From the NCBI RefSeq assembly GCF_004010195.1, contig NC_057720.1, positions 1,190,706-1,254,705 on the forward strand: a DNA stretch of 64,000 bases. Direction: 5' to 3'. A program made the translations under genes and the position numbers. Below, piece after piece: positions 25,701-38,945 of the stretch (position 1 is the stretch's first letter; every line of letters starts with the position of its first letter). The notes under the pieces were generated by a model. That model did no database searches and had not been told where the DNA came from. It saw nothing but the letters and a program-made list of their open reading frames with translations. Origin of the DNA: Chiloscyllium plagiosum. Lineage: Eukaryota.

Positions 25701-26651
25701 TTCCACCCTCGCTCCCTGAATTCCTGCCTTAAATCCCCATCCCTTTTCCTACCTATGTCGTTGGGGCTGCTCCCCCTCACCCTCAAGGATCCCGAAAACA
25801 CGATCAGAGACATCACGAACCCTGTCACCTGGGAGGCAACACACTAACCGTGAGTCTCTCTCGTTCCCACAGAACCTTCTATCTGTCCCCCTAACTGTGG
25901 AGTCCCCAATGACTAATGCTCTGCTCCTCTTCCCCTTCCTTTCTGAGCAACAGGGACAGACTCTGTGCCAGAGCCCTGTGCCCCACTGGCTTACCCCTGG
26001 TAAGTCGTCCCCAACATTATCCAAAACAGCATACTTGTTGTTGAGGGGAACGGCAACAGGGGATCCCTGCACTGCCTGCCAGTTCGCTTTCTGTCCCCTG
26101 ACTGTAACCCATCTCCCTTCGTGTACCTGAGGTGTAAGTACCTCCCTGTAACTCCTCTCAATAACCCCCTCTGCCTCCTGAATGATCTGTAGTTCATCCA
26201 GCTCCAGCTCCAGTTCTCCAACGCGGTTTTCGAGGAGCTGGAGTTGGTTGCACATTCCGCAGATGTAGTGGGCAGAGATATTAGTGGTGACCCTTAACCT
26301 CCCACATTCTGCAGGAGGAACATTCAACTGCCCTAACCTCCATTCCCACAGTTCTAAATTCCCAAAGGGACTGTGGAAAAATAAAGAATTAAAAAAAAAA
26401 CTCGTTACCTTACCAATCCGGCGCACAGAACTCTTTTTTGTGGTGAGAGGAGGAGGATGGGTGGAGACACTACCTAAGTCGTGTTTCAGGTAATGCAACC
26501 ACCCAAATATATTACTTCACCTACCCAGCAGTCCTGTGTCTGCTCCTGCTCAGCGTGCGCTCCGCCTATTCACAAGGTAAGTTTATGTAAGTTTAAAATG
26601 TACCTTCCCAGCAGGTCCCTAGTGCTCACTGTTGCTCCTCGCACTGCTGCT

Positions 26652-26761
26652 GCTCCTGGGCCATTCTACTCTGAAAACGCCCAATCTTGGAATCTAAGCA
26701 GTCTCGGGTCTGGATAGTACTTGGATGGGACACCACCTGGGAATACCAGGTTCGGTAGGCT
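26652..26761 (+). pseudogene. 5S rRNA pseudogene
   Basis: ggccattctactctgaa...ctaagcagtctcgggtctggatagtacttggatgggacaccacctgggaataccaggttcggtaggct aligns by eye to vertebrate 5S rRNA, with a ~10-nt internal deletion, substitutions and no oligo-T terminator. Confidence 0.88.
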
Positions 26762-27906
26762 GGGCAGCACCGACAGCCATACCTGGTACATAGGAAGATG
26801 GCTGTGGTTGTGGAGGGTCAGTCATCTCAGCTCCAGGACATCTCTGTAGGAGTCCCTCAAGGTAGTGCCCTCAGCCCAACCATCTTCAGCTGCTTCATCA
26901 ATGACCTTCCCTCGGTCAGAAGTGCAGATGTTCACCGATGATTGTACAGTGATCAAAACCATTCGCGACTCCTCAGATACTGAAGCAGTCCATGTCCAAA
27001 TGCAACAAGATCTGGATAATATCCAGGCTTGGGCCAACAAGAGGCAAGTAACATGCATGCCACACAAATGCCAGACAATGACCATTATCAATAAGAGACA
27101 CTCTAATCACTATCGCTTGACATTCAATGGTCTGACCATCACGGAATCCCTCACTGTCAACATCCTTGGGGTTACCATTGTCCAGAAACTCAACTAGACT
27201 CACCACATAAACACAGTGGCTACAACAGCAGATCAGAGACTAGGAATACTGCAGTGAGTAACTCCCGAAAGCCTGTCCACCATCTACAGCGGCACAAGTC
27301 AGGAGTGGGATGGAATACTCCCCACTTGCCTGGATGGGGGCAGCTCCAACAACACCCAAGAAGCTTGATACCATCCAGGATAAAGCATCTTGCATAACTG
27401 CACCCACAAACATTCGCTCCTTCCACACCGACGCTTAGTAATTGCAGTGTGTACTATCTACAAGTTGCAATGCAGAAATTCACCAAGATCCTCAGACAGC
27501 ACCTTCCAAACCCATGACCACTTCCACCTCGAAGGTTAAGGGCAACAGATACATGGAACACTACCCCCTGCAAGTTCCCCTCCAAGCCACTCACCATCCT
27601 GACTTGGAAATATATCGCCACTCTTTCATTGTATCTGGTTCTAAATCCTGGAATTCCCTCCCTAAGGGCATTGTGGATCAACCTACAGCACATGGACTGC
27701 AGTGGTTAAAGAAGGCAGCTCACCCCCACCTTCTCAAGGAGCAACTAGGGATGGGATGTCAAATCTGGCCAGCCAGTGACACCAACGGCCCAGAAATGAA
27801 TAAAAAAATGTACAATCACGTTATATATTACACCTCCTGTATAATGTTAGTGAGCTAATTTTACTCAGTAATCTCTATGTGTCTAGCCTTACTGTTAAAA
27901 TATTAC

Positions 27907-27964
27907 CTTTTAATGGCAACAATCTTGTTCCTGCATCTTCCTTTGTAAACTTTCCCAAACGAAC
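27907..27964 (-). CDS. TNNI3K: TNNI3K coding exon, Gly-rich loop and VAIK lysine (58 nt)
   Basis: SFGKVYKGRCRNKIVAIK(R), completing GSGSFG. Acceptor atgcag, donor GTAATA, phase 1/2. Confidence 0.95.
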
Positions 27965-28019
27965 CTGCATGGTTTCAGAGAGATGCCAGATGGTCAGTCC
28001 GTGTTTTAGACTGAATTCA

Positions 28020-28214
<195 letters not shown>

Positions 28215-29824
28215 TTAACAATTTGTATTTATATAGCACCTGTAACATAATAAAAACATCCCAGGAATATCATTGAATACAATTTGACAGGAGATATGAG
28301 GACAGGTGACGATGAGGATGTTTGGTTGAAGAAGCTGTGGTTTTAGTGGAAGTAAGGGAAGGAGAGGTTTGGGGAGGGAATTCCAGAGCTTATAGCCCAG
28401 GGACCTAAAGGCATGACCACCAATAGTGGAGCAATGGAATCAGGAGATGGCCAAGAACCCAGAATTGGGTGAGCACAGATATCTAACTGGGTTTTAGGGC
28501 TCAGGGAGATTAGAGATAGGAAAAGGACCAATTCTTCCAAAATGTCTGAACTGGTATAACTCAAAGCAAAATACCATGTATGCTGGAAACAGTTCAGGAG
28601 AACAGCCATATTGGAACTGAAATATTAACTCTCTTTTACTCTCTGCAGAAGACCATGAAACCATCAGAATCTTCAGACCTGGGAGTAGGAGTAGGCCATT
28701 CAGCCAATTGAATCTGCTCTGCAATTCATCGCAATCATGACTGATCTATAATCCTCATCTCCACTTTCCTGCCTTTTCCCGATACCCTTGATTCCCCCTT
28801 TCTGATTGTAGATCTATCTGTCTCAACCTGGAATACCTGTACTGCCCAATGTGCTCAGTGCTGTATGTTCTAGGTCTGAGCTGGTGCTGGTTTCCAAGCT
28901 GGGCTAGGTAGCCGCATGAACCTGTGTGATTACTATATAGACATACTGTGTACACAATAGAGAGGGCAATTCATGCATCTTGCAGAAATGATACCCGGGA
29001 AAGCTCGATGAACAGATTCAGTATTTCTTTCCTGTTTAGTTCCTGCTTTTGACTTTCCCTTCTCTTGAAGGTGAAGTTACCTTTCTGACAGTCAATTTGA
29101 ATTGTCCCTGTGTGAGACAATGTGTACAGTCATACTATTCAACAGCAAGGAGCATCACAGAGAGACTAGCTCACCTGATGGTGCGTTACAGCACGTGTCA
29201 ATGGGTGATCAATAGAACTGGGAGTCCTGGTTGTAAATGCCTCTGTAATAACTCAGAGAACCCGACTGAAAAGGAACATCATTTATTGTTGAACATAAAC
29301 ATAGAGCCACTACACATGATGTACAGAGGCTTCTCCCAGCCCAGGACAGACAATGCTGCAGCGATGGATGCTGAGTCTGCTTTTTGTTTATATATAACCG
29401 ATATTTCTAATCACCTGTTCGGAGATGTTATTACACATCTTTGGAGCAGGTAGGGGTGGAACCCGGGCGTCCTGGTCCAGTGATAGGGACACGAGCACTG
29501 CACCACGAGAGGGCTGGGCTCAGATGATGAGGCAGAAGGGCAGGCCATTGCCTCTTACCATGGGAACTCGGATTCAACAAGCTCCTCAGGAAGATTAACT
29601 AGTAATTCCCCACCGGCCTACTCGAGGTTATTACACTACCATCCCACCACCCTCACATGGAGAAGTTACCAAGTTTTACACCTTACTCCGACCCTGGCTT
29701 TGGCCTTGAGATCCTCCAGCTGAGTCAATGGCTGCTGTTTACTGACAATTGTCTCATTTATGTAGAAACAATTACTCTGCTAACAGTGTGCGTCATATTT
29801 CTGAATTAATCTTTCTCTTTGTAA

Positions 29825-30060
29825 TTTTTTCTTTCATTCACAAGTAAGGATGGCAGATTTCCTTCCTTAAAGGATATTAGTGAACGTGATGAGTTTCTCT
29901 CCTAACAATTAAAATCATTAAACTCCTAATTCCAGATTTTTATTGAATTTGAATTCCATCAGTTACCAGGACAGGATTCTCACCTGGGTCCCAGGAACAT
30001 GACCTGGGGTTGCCGGGTTAATAACCTAGTGATGAAATTACAAGGCTATCATCTCCCCTT
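29825..30060 (-). mobile_element. SINE-like repeat of the bipartite family (head and body)
   Basis: ggcagatttccttcctt, ttgaatttgaattccatc: reverse complement of 19320-19470. Confidence 0.65.
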
Positions 30061-30074
30061 GTAATATAAGGGGG

Positions 30075-30296
30075 GGTAGGTATAGGACAGATGTTAGGGG
30101 TAGGTTCTTTACTCAGCGAGTCGTGAGTTCATGGAATGCCCTGCCAGTAGCAGTAGTGGACTCTCGGGCATTGGATAGGCATATGGAGGATAGTGGGCTA
30201 GTGTAGGTTAGATGGGCTTGGATCGGCGCAACATCGAGGGCCGAAGGGCCTGTACTGCGCTGTACTCTTCTATGTTTTATGTTCTATGTTCTATGG
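30075..30296 (+). mobile_element. CR1 3' end
   Basis: Nearly identical to 2185-2405, including the (ttctatg)n tail. Confidence 0.9.
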
Positions 30297-30396
30297 ATAG
30301 TGAAGCTGATGGACACAAGTTGCTTTGACATGAGATCCTGCCAGTAAACTTTTACATTTTAGTGATGAGATCTCACTCCAACGTGCACCTTCTCAC

Positions 30397-30453
30397 CTTT
30401 GGTCATGTTTTTGATCTTCCCAAGTGGTGATGGAACAGACACATAGGCACCAT
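30397..30453 (-). CDS. TNNI3K: TNNI3K coding exon (57 nt)
   Basis: GAYVSVPSPLGKIKNMTK(E). Acceptor ctctcttcag-type polypyrimidine tract, donor GTGAGA, phase 1/1. Confidence 0.94.
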
Positions 30454-30989
30454 CTGAAGAGAAAGAAGGGTAGTTTAAAATTAATATAACTTCCAAAGCT
30501 ACTGCCTGCACAATTATGGTGAGGGATGACCTAAAAAGTTAAAGAAAAAAATCTAGCGGTTATACAGCACCTTACTAAACTTCATAGACCCAGACATCAT
30601 GAATAGAGCTAATTCAGCCCATCCTGCTTATAACCAGCCTTTTGAATTAGTCTCAGTGAACCTGCCCTTTCATCATAGCCCTGTCAATGTTTTCCCTTCA
30701 ATTCCCTTTTGTAAGTTATTTCTGATTCAGCATCCACCACCCCTTTCAGGCATTGCATTCCAGGTTACGACATCCAGTCACAAACATTCTCTGCTTCCTC
30801 TGCCTTTCTCCTTTGTAGATCTATGTTGGTGTTCAACAATAAATGATGTTCCTTTCCAGTCAGGCTCTCTGAGTTATTACAGAAGCAACCAGGATTCCCA
30901 GTCCTATTGGTCACCCATTGACACTTGCTTTAACATACCATTAGGTGAATTGGTCTCTCTTTGATGCACGTTGCTGTTGAATAGTATGA

Positions 30990-31838
30990 CTTGCAGGTTG
31001 TAGGGAGACTTGGATAAACTGCAGAATGTGGCTGAAAGGTGGCAAATGGAGTTCAATGCAGATAAATGTGAGGTGATTCACTTTGGGAAGAATAACAGGA
31101 AGGCAGAACACTGGCTTAATGGAAAGATTCATGATAGTCTGGATGTGCAGAGGGATCCTGGAGTCCATGTACATAAATCCCTGAAAGTTGCCACCCAGAT
31201 GGATAGTGCTGTTAAGAAGGCACACGGTGTGTTAGGTTTCATTGGTGGGTGGATTGAGTTCCGGAGCTGTGATGTCATGCTGCAACTATACAAAATGTTG
31301 GTGCAGCCACAATTGGAATATTGTGTACAGTTCTGGTCCCCATATTTCGGGAAGGATGTGGAAGCATTGGAAAAGATGTAGGGGAGATTTACCAGGATGT
31401 TGCCTGGTCTGGAGGGAAGGTCTTATGAGGAAAGGCTGAGAGACTTGCGTCTGTTCTCATTGGAAAGAAGAAGGCTAAGGGGGGATTTGATAGAGACATG
31501 CAAGATGATCAGAGGATTAGATAGGGTAGACAGTGAATGTCTTTTTCCTAGGATGATGACGTCAGCTTGTATGAGGAGGTAAAACTACAAATTGAGGGGT
31601 GATAGATTTAAGACAGATGTCAGAGGCAGGTTCTTTACTCAGAGAGTGGTCAGGGTGTGGAATGCCCTACCTGCTAATGTAGCTAACTCAGCCACATTAG
31701 GGGGATTTAAACAATACTTAGATAAGCACATGGATGATTTTGGGATAGTGTAGGGGATGAGCTGAGAATAGTTCAGAGGTCGGTGCAACATTGAGGGCCG
31801 AAGGGCCTGTTCTGCGCTGTATTGTTCCATGTTCTTTG
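30990..31838 (+). mobile_element. CR1 LINE 3' fragment
   Basis: WQMEFNADKCEV, LEYCVQFWSP motifs and tail. Confidence 0.92.
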
Positions 31839-31839
31839 A

Positions 31840-32897
31840 TAGCACAGCGGCTCAGTGGTTAGCACCGCTGCCTCAGAGAACCAGGGAGAAAGTGAGGACT
31901 GCAGATACTGGAGATCAGAGTCAAAAGGTGTGGCGCTGGAAAAGCACAGCAGGTCAGGCAGCATCCGAGGAGCAGGAGACACAACGTTTCGGGCATAAGC
32001 CCTTCATCAGGATTGTTGGGGTAGGGGCAGCCAAGGGAGCTGCAAGATAAATGGGAGGGGGTGGGATTTGGGGGGCAGAGAGCTGGGAATGTGAAAGGGA
32101 GATGGAGATGGGGAGAAGGTGATAGGTTGGAGAGGAGGGTGGAGCAGATAGATGGGTAGGAAGATGGACAGGTAGGACAGTTCAAGAGGGCGGTGCCGAG
32201 TTGGAAGGTTGGATCTGGGATAATGTGGGGGGAGGGGAGATGGGGAAACTGGTGAAATCCACATTGATGCTGTGTGGTTGGAGAGTCCCAAGATGGAAGA
32301 TGAGGTGTTCTTCCTCCAGGCGTTGGATGACTAGGATTTACTCCAGATCCAACCCTCCAACTCAGCACCACCCTCTTGAACTATCCTAACTGTCCATCTT
32401 CCTTCCTATCTATCTGCTCCACCCTCCAATCAATCTGTCACCAACACCCCCATTTGCATCCACCTGTCACCTTCCCAACTCCCTTCCCCCTGCCCCACCC
32501 TCACCCTCCTACTTATCTCTCACCCCTTCCCCCTGCCCCACCCTCACCCCAACCACATTCCTAATGAACAGCTCATGCTTGAAACATTGACTCTCCTGCT
32601 CCTTGGATGCTGCCTGACCGGCTATGCTTTTCCAGCACCACACTTGACTCTTAGCACCAGGGACCTGAGTTCAATTCTGTCAAGTGACTGTCTGTGTGGA
32701 ACTTTCACATTCTCCCCGTGTCTGCGTGGGTTTCCTCTGGGTGCTCCGGTTTCCTCCCACAGTCCAAAGATGTGCAGGTTAGGGTGGATTGGCCATGAGA
32801 AGCAGAGGGATAGGGTGGATCTGGGCAGAATAGTCTTCAGAGGGTCAGAGTAGAGTCAGTGGGCCGAATGGCCTGCGTCCACACTGTAGGGATTCTG
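31840..32897 (+). mobile_element. HE1/V-SINE-type tRNA-derived SINE interrupted by a Penelope fragment
   Basis: Head cggctcagtggttagcac; V-domain ttctccccgtgtctgcgtgggtttcc...cccacagtccaaag; tail cacactgtagggattc. Confidence 0.85.
31887..32651 (-). mobile_element. Penelope-like 3' fragment with inverted second half
   Basis: 31890-32330 is homologous to 40200-40600; 32340-32650 is its diverged reverse complement; flanked by ag(a/c)accaggga. Confidence 0.8.
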
Positions 32898-33204
32898 TGA
32901 ATTGTCTTTGAATGATCATTTCCAGCAACAAAGTAACATATCCAGTGAAGGAGTGTTGGAGGAATGCTCACTGTTGAAAAGTGGCACCAATTTCTCCACA
33001 GCTGACTCTCACAAATATCAAAGAAATCAATGATCAGGTGTTTATTGTATATTGATATTGCAACATTGAATATTTTCAAGAAGAAGTAGATATAATTCTC
33101 AGGTCTAAAGGGATCAAAGGGTATGGGGAGAGAGCAGAAACAAGGGACCAGCCATGACCAGACCGAATGGTGCAGCAGGCTCGAAGGGCCGAATGTAAAC
33201 GACT

Positions 33205-33520
33205 ATGATTAGGTGAGATTAGATTCCCTACAGTGCGGAAACAGACCCTTCAGCCCAACAAGTCCACACCGACCCTCCGAAGAGTAACCCACCCAGACCC
33301 ATTTCCCCCTGACTAATGCACTTAGACTATAGGCAATTTAGCATGGCCAATTCACCTAACCTGCACATCTTGGGAGTGTGGGAGGAAACTGGAGCACCCC
33401 CACGCAGACTCGGGGAGAATGTGCAAACTCTACACAGACAGTCGCCCGAGGCTGGAATCAAACCTGGGACCCTGGTGCTGTGAGGCAGCAGTGCTAACCA
33501 CTGAGCCACAGTGCCGCCCA
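33205..33520 (-). mobile_element. HE1/V-SINE-type SINE
   Basis: GGCGGCACTGTGGCTCAGTGGTTAGCACTG head, B box GGTTTGATTCC, V-domain and tail. Confidence 0.9.
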
Positions 33521-33814
33521 AATTTAAATTTCACTCTGCGCCTTGCCAGGACTTGAACCCAGGACTCCTAGAACATTATTTGGGTCTCTAGATTAAGAAT
33601 CGTGTGATGATGCCACTAAGCAATTGCCTCCCCGATCTGGAGTTAATATTGAGTTCAACACCTTCAGATTGTGAACCCACTCCCACTGCTTCCCTTTCTT
33701 TGAGCTTTACTTATTACATTCTCTGTCACCATGTCCTCTCTCCCCTTCCCCCACCCCAATGGGTCTGTCTGTCCTTTCCAGTCTGACAGTTAGACACACC
33801 ATTGTTCTGCTGTC

Positions 33815-34160
33815 TAGATCAGAGTGGTGCTGGAAAAGCACAGTAGGTCAGGCAGCATCCGAGGAGCAGGAAAGTCGACGTTTCAGGCAAAAGCCGTTCA
33901 TATTCTCACATTCCCATCACTTAACCAGCCTCCTGCCTGTCCGTCCTGATGCTGCCTGGCCTGCTGTGTTCTCCCAGCCTCCTGCCTGTCCGTCCTGATG
34001 CTGCCTGGCTTGCTGTGTTCCCTCAGCCTCCTGCTTACCTACCCTCCACACTTCACATCAGCTCTGACAAAAAGTCATTGAAACTTGAAACATTATCTTG
34101 CTCACTCTCGACAGATGCTGCTTGACCCACTATGATCTCCTACATTTTCTGTTTTCAGAG
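33815..34160. mobile_element. Cluster of Penelope terminal-repeat fragments, including a ~48-bp tandem duplication
   Basis: tggtgctggaaaagcacag...gtcgacgtttc; (ccagcctcctgcctgtccgtcctgatgctgcctgg...)x2. Confidence 0.7.
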
Positions 34161-34317
34161 CAATTTCAAATGACAGTGTAAATGTTTGTGTGGCTCTTAT
34201 TTGACATTGACTCAATACAATTAATTCAGAGGTGAAATGAAATTATCTCAAATTCTCCGTTATTGCAAAACAGGGTGTGGAAGCTTCAATTAGCAACGGT
34301 GAACAACTTGAAGTTCA

Positions 34318-34834
<517 letters not shown>

Positions 34835-35310
34835 CTACAAGAACAACAAACGCTAATATTTCTACCTCATTCAAAATATCCCAAAGCTTTACACTAATGA
34901 AGCATTCTGGAAATGTACTCACTGCCTCAGGAGTAACTCAGCGGTGCAACACTCTCTCAGTACGGATTCCCGGTATAGAGGGATTGCCTTATGAGCAACG
35001 GGTAAACAGGGTAGGACGCTACTTCCTGGAATTTGGAAGAACGAGTGGTGATCTCATTGAAACTTATCAGGTTCTGAAGGAGCTTGATGGGGTCAATACT
35101 GAGAGGCTGTTTCCCCTCATGGGAGGGTCTATAACCAGAGGGCACAGGCTCAAACTAAAGGGGCACCGATTTCAGATGGAGATGAGATGGAATTTCTTTT
35201 CTCAGTGCGAGTCTTTGGGACTCCTTGTCACAGAGAGCTCAGGGGGCAGAGGCCTTGTATATATTTAAGACTGAGATAGAGAAACTTTTGACCTATCTTG
35301 ACCCCCTTTA

Positions 35311-35705
35311 GGTGTCACGGTGGCTCAGTGGTTAGCACTGCTGCCACACAGTGGCAAGGACCCGGGTTCAATTCCAGCCTCGGGTGACTGTCTGTGTGGA
35401 GTTTGCACGTTCTCCCCGTATCTGCATGGGGTTGCTCCGGTTTCCTCCCACTATCCAAAGATATGCAGTTTAGGGTGAATTAGCCATGGTAAATTGCCCA
35501 AGGTGTTCAGGGATATGGAGGTTAGGTGCATTATTCAGAGTAATAAGGTTGGGGAATGCGTCTGGTTGGGATATCCTTCGTCGGGTTGATGTAGATTTAT
35601 TGGGCCAAAGGGCCAATGATGTTTCAGCACTGTAGGGCCTGTTTTCACACTGTAGGGCCTGTTTTCACACTGTAGGGCCTGTTTTCACACTGTAGGGAGC
35701 CTATG
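35311..35705 (+). mobile_element. HE1/V-SINE-type SINE with tandemly repeated 20-bp tail, nested in an old CR1 3' end (34965-35835)
   Basis: A box tggctcagtgg, B box ggttcaattcc; (cactgtagggcctgttttca)x3-4. Confidence 0.88.
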
Positions 35706-35845
35706 ATCCTATCGGGGAATTGAGGTTTACGAGGAAAGGACAGGAAAGTGGAGATGAGAAATTTCAGGTCATCCATGATCCTATTGAATGGTGGAACAGG
35801 CTTGAGGGGCTAAATAGCCTCATCCTGTTCCTCTTAGCAATGGCC

Positions 35846-35962
35846 TTACTGACCCTCTGACAGTGCGGCACTCCCTCAGTGATGCCTTGGGACTGTCAGC
35901 ATGGATTTGATGTTCAAGTCTCTGGACCTGGTATTGGACGGAATAACTCTCTGACTGGGGGA
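35846..35962 (-). mobile_element. DeuSINE-like (SacSINE/AmnSINE-type) fragment carrying a single 33-bp monomer
   Basis: Minus strand ccagagacttgaacatcaaatccatgctgacagtccc...ctgagggagtgccgcactgtcagagg resembles the recalled DeuSINE body. Confidence 0.6.
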
Positions 35963-35975
35963 TGGGAGAGAGCTA

Positions 35976-36242
<267 letters not shown>

Positions 36243-37231
36243 TTAGAAACCAATACTCCTTCAGTTCCACTCTGCCTACCCTCCACTGAGCTGCAAATAT
36301 CCCTGCCCGGAATCTCCCCATTCCTCTAGGAAGCTGCTATTGAATCTTGTTTGCAGCTTCCTGTTGGGAAGTGCATTCCAGAGCACAACATACCAACGGA
36401 CAGAGCACATCCAACATACAAATTAGGAACTGCGGGAGATCATTCACTCAGATCACAACAGATCAGTTTATCTTCCAAATGCCACATTCTCATCTCTTTG
36501 GTAACCTTTGATGTCTCTTTCCTAACAAGAAGCTATCTACCTTCATCTTAAAAATGCTCAGTGACCTTCCTCGTCTTCCTCTCTGCCCATAATATTCCTG
36601 TTTTTAAGTGTGTCTATTTCTTGCTGTAAGTGCATGTAGCAAGGAGTTTCATAAAGGGGTTGGATTTTTAACTAGTGGAGTTGTACTTGGACAGTTGAGA
36701 ACTGTTTAAGACAAGGAACAAGGGACAGTACAGCACAGGAACAGGCCATGTGCTGACACATAACACCTTTCCAAACTAAAACCTTTTGCCTCTATGCGGT
36801 CTGTATCCCTGTATTAGAATCTATTTATTCGCAATGAATAATAATTGCTATTACGTACAGCAACCTGGCCTGTGCGTTCTATCATCCTTGGCTCTGAAAG
36901 ACAGGGAAATCAGGGAATTTTGTGAACTTTTTAAAAATTCTTTAACCTTTGTGATGACTTTTGGAATAATGGGGTTTGATTTCCAATGAAGACAGTCAGT
37001 TTTAAATCTGGGGTAGGCCTTTTGTTAAGCAACGATATTAAGGGATATGGGCCAAAGGCAGGTTATTGTGATTAGGTCACAGATCAGCCATGATCTCACT
37101 GACTGGTGGAATAGGTTCTAAGGCTTCCTCCTGTTCCTCTGTACCTCAGTGAAGCTTGACACTTCATCACAACTTCCTACACTTTTTAGCAAAGAGCCTC
37201 TTCGCCCCTTCCACAACATCTCATTTCTTAC

Positions 37232-37326
37232 CAGTGTGTCCATCCCTTCCCTGATGATTTATGCTCATGGCATTCTGGCTGATTAGAAACTTGACCAGCT
37301 CAAGGTCCTTTCCGTAAGTGCAGGAG
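37232..37326 (-). CDS. TNNI3K: TNNI3K coding exon, ankyrin repeat (95 nt)
   Basis: [31 protein letters not shown](G). Acceptor ttgcag, donor GTAAGA, phase 2/1. Upstream intron is 97 nt. Confidence 0.95.
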
Positions 37327-37423
37327 CTGCAATCAAGGTGGGTAATGAATAAGTGTCAGGCTGTTCTTACACAGGAGAACAGAACAATGAATGAGAAGGC
37401 ACTCGCGAAGTGAGAGATTCTAC

Positions 37424-37528
37424 CTGTGGAAAGAGGTTTCACTGAAGATATTTTCCTTGGTTAAGCTTTCAGTTCCTGAAAGTCGGATGAGTTCACTGGC
37501 CACATCCAGCTTACCGTTGTAGCAAGCC
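37424..37528 (-). CDS. TNNI3K: TNNI3K coding exon, ankyrin repeat (105 nt)
   Basis: [34 protein letters not shown](S). Acceptor ttttcctcag, donor GTAGAA, phase 2/2. Confidence 0.95.
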
Positions 37529-37734
37529 CTGAGGAAAACAAAGAGAAACAGGACCAATCCATTTCCAGCAAGGGAAGGCCATCATCTCCAGCCTCTGGCA
37601 TAGTTTGGAAGAATTCCATCATATTTACAACGCAGTCACAATCGATCGGCCGAAAAACCCATCTGGCTCATTAATGTTCTTTGGGAAGGGAATCTTCAAT
37701 GTGACTCCAGACCCAAAGTAATGAATCCCAGAAT

Positions 37735-38945
37735 AACGGAATGGTTCCAATATAGAAGGAGGCCATTTGGCCCGCTCTATGTGCACCCAGGTACTAGCTC
37801 TCCAAAACAGCATTCCACTTAGTGCCATCCTCCTGGCTTCTCCTTGTAACTCCACCCATTTGTTCTGTTCAAATAACCATCCAATTCCCTTCTCCACTAC
37901 AATCCCATGCAGCACATTCCAGACTTTAACCAGGAAAATGTTTACACTTCTGCTGAGTACTTTAAATTTTTGCCCTCGCTCTGTCACTAGTGGGAACATT
38001 TTCCCCCAATTTACTCTGGTCAGACCTCCTATCATTTTAACAATTTCCATCAAATCTGCCTTTTCTTTTCCAAAGAAAACAGTCCCAATTTCCCCAAACT
38101 CTCGTGTAACTGTAATTCTCTTGAATGTGTTCACATCCTTCCAAAGGGGAGGTGCCCAGAATTAGATATAATACTTTGAATGAGGTCAAATTAGTTCAAG
38201 TTTCCTAGTCTATGAGCCTGTTAGGAAATCCAAGCAAAGTCTGGGTTTTATTAACCACACTCTCCCTACTGTGCTCCCACCTTTAATGACTTGTGCACAT
38301 ATACACCCAGGTTCCACTCCCCCTCTACACCCTCTTAGTATCTTATATTTCATATTGTCCCTCCACGTTCTACTGTCCAAAATGCATCACCTCTGTAGGG
38401 AACCCTCATCTGACACTGTCTCCCCACACCACCAACTTTTGAAGTTCTACGTTGTCCTCTTCACAGTTTATAAAGCTTCCAAAGTTTTGAACCATCCACC
38501 AATTCTCTAATTGTGCCCAGCACACCCAGCCCTGGTCATTAACATATATGTTGAGCAAAGCAATGCTCCCAACACTGACCCTTGGGCAACTCCACTACAA
38601 CCATTCGCCAGACTGAAAGACATCCGTTATCATTTGCCTCTGTTTCCTGTCCCTCAGCCAATTCCAGATCCATGCTGCCACTGCCCATTTTATTCTATCA
38701 GCTCTAACTTGGTGCATGAGTCTGTTACATGAGGCAGTATCGAATGTGTTCGGGAAGTCCAATGACAGCAATGTCCTCATCAACCCTGTCCTGTACCTCA
38801 TCGAAAACCTCGAGCAAATTAGTTAAACATCAATTTCCATTAATAAATGCATATAGGCTCTCCATAATTAACCCTGTTTTATCTGTGTGACTGTTACGTT
38901 TTTTCTAAATGTTTTCGAACCACCAAACCACTGTCTGGTTGATTG
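37735..38945 (-). mobile_element. Highly degenerate CR1 remnant
   Basis: LDFPNTFDTA, WIWNWLRDRKQR and ADLMEIVKMI-like remnants. Confidence 0.7.

Larger units (their letters stand above)
21421..26650 (-). mobile_element. Near full-length CR1 LINE (5' UTR, ORF1 with coiled coil and SGNH esterase, ORF2 APE+RT, tail), inactivated
   Basis: ORF1 YICGMC...LENRVGELELEL and ALVIGDSTVRGTDRRFC; APE LKCVYFN, HFGDSDHN; RT YMDFSKAFDKVP; tail at 21425. Confidence 0.92.
19241..27809 (+). mobile_element. Single-ORF APE-RT LINE (CR1/L2 group, ~3.2 kb net) with tRNA-like head, split by the insertion at 21421-26774
   Basis: A box 19250-19260, B box 19314-19324. APE start (LSHRLVKQQPDTVILTESYL) near 19700. RT motifs ALDIKAAIDRVWH, GVPQGSALSPTIFSCFINDL and MFTDD. 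Ends gaataaaaaaa. Confidence 0.82.

Noticed and set aside
26652..26761. Functional 5S rRNA gene
   Set aside because: Internal deletion, many substitutions, no T-run terminator, and a single copy embedded among retroelements.
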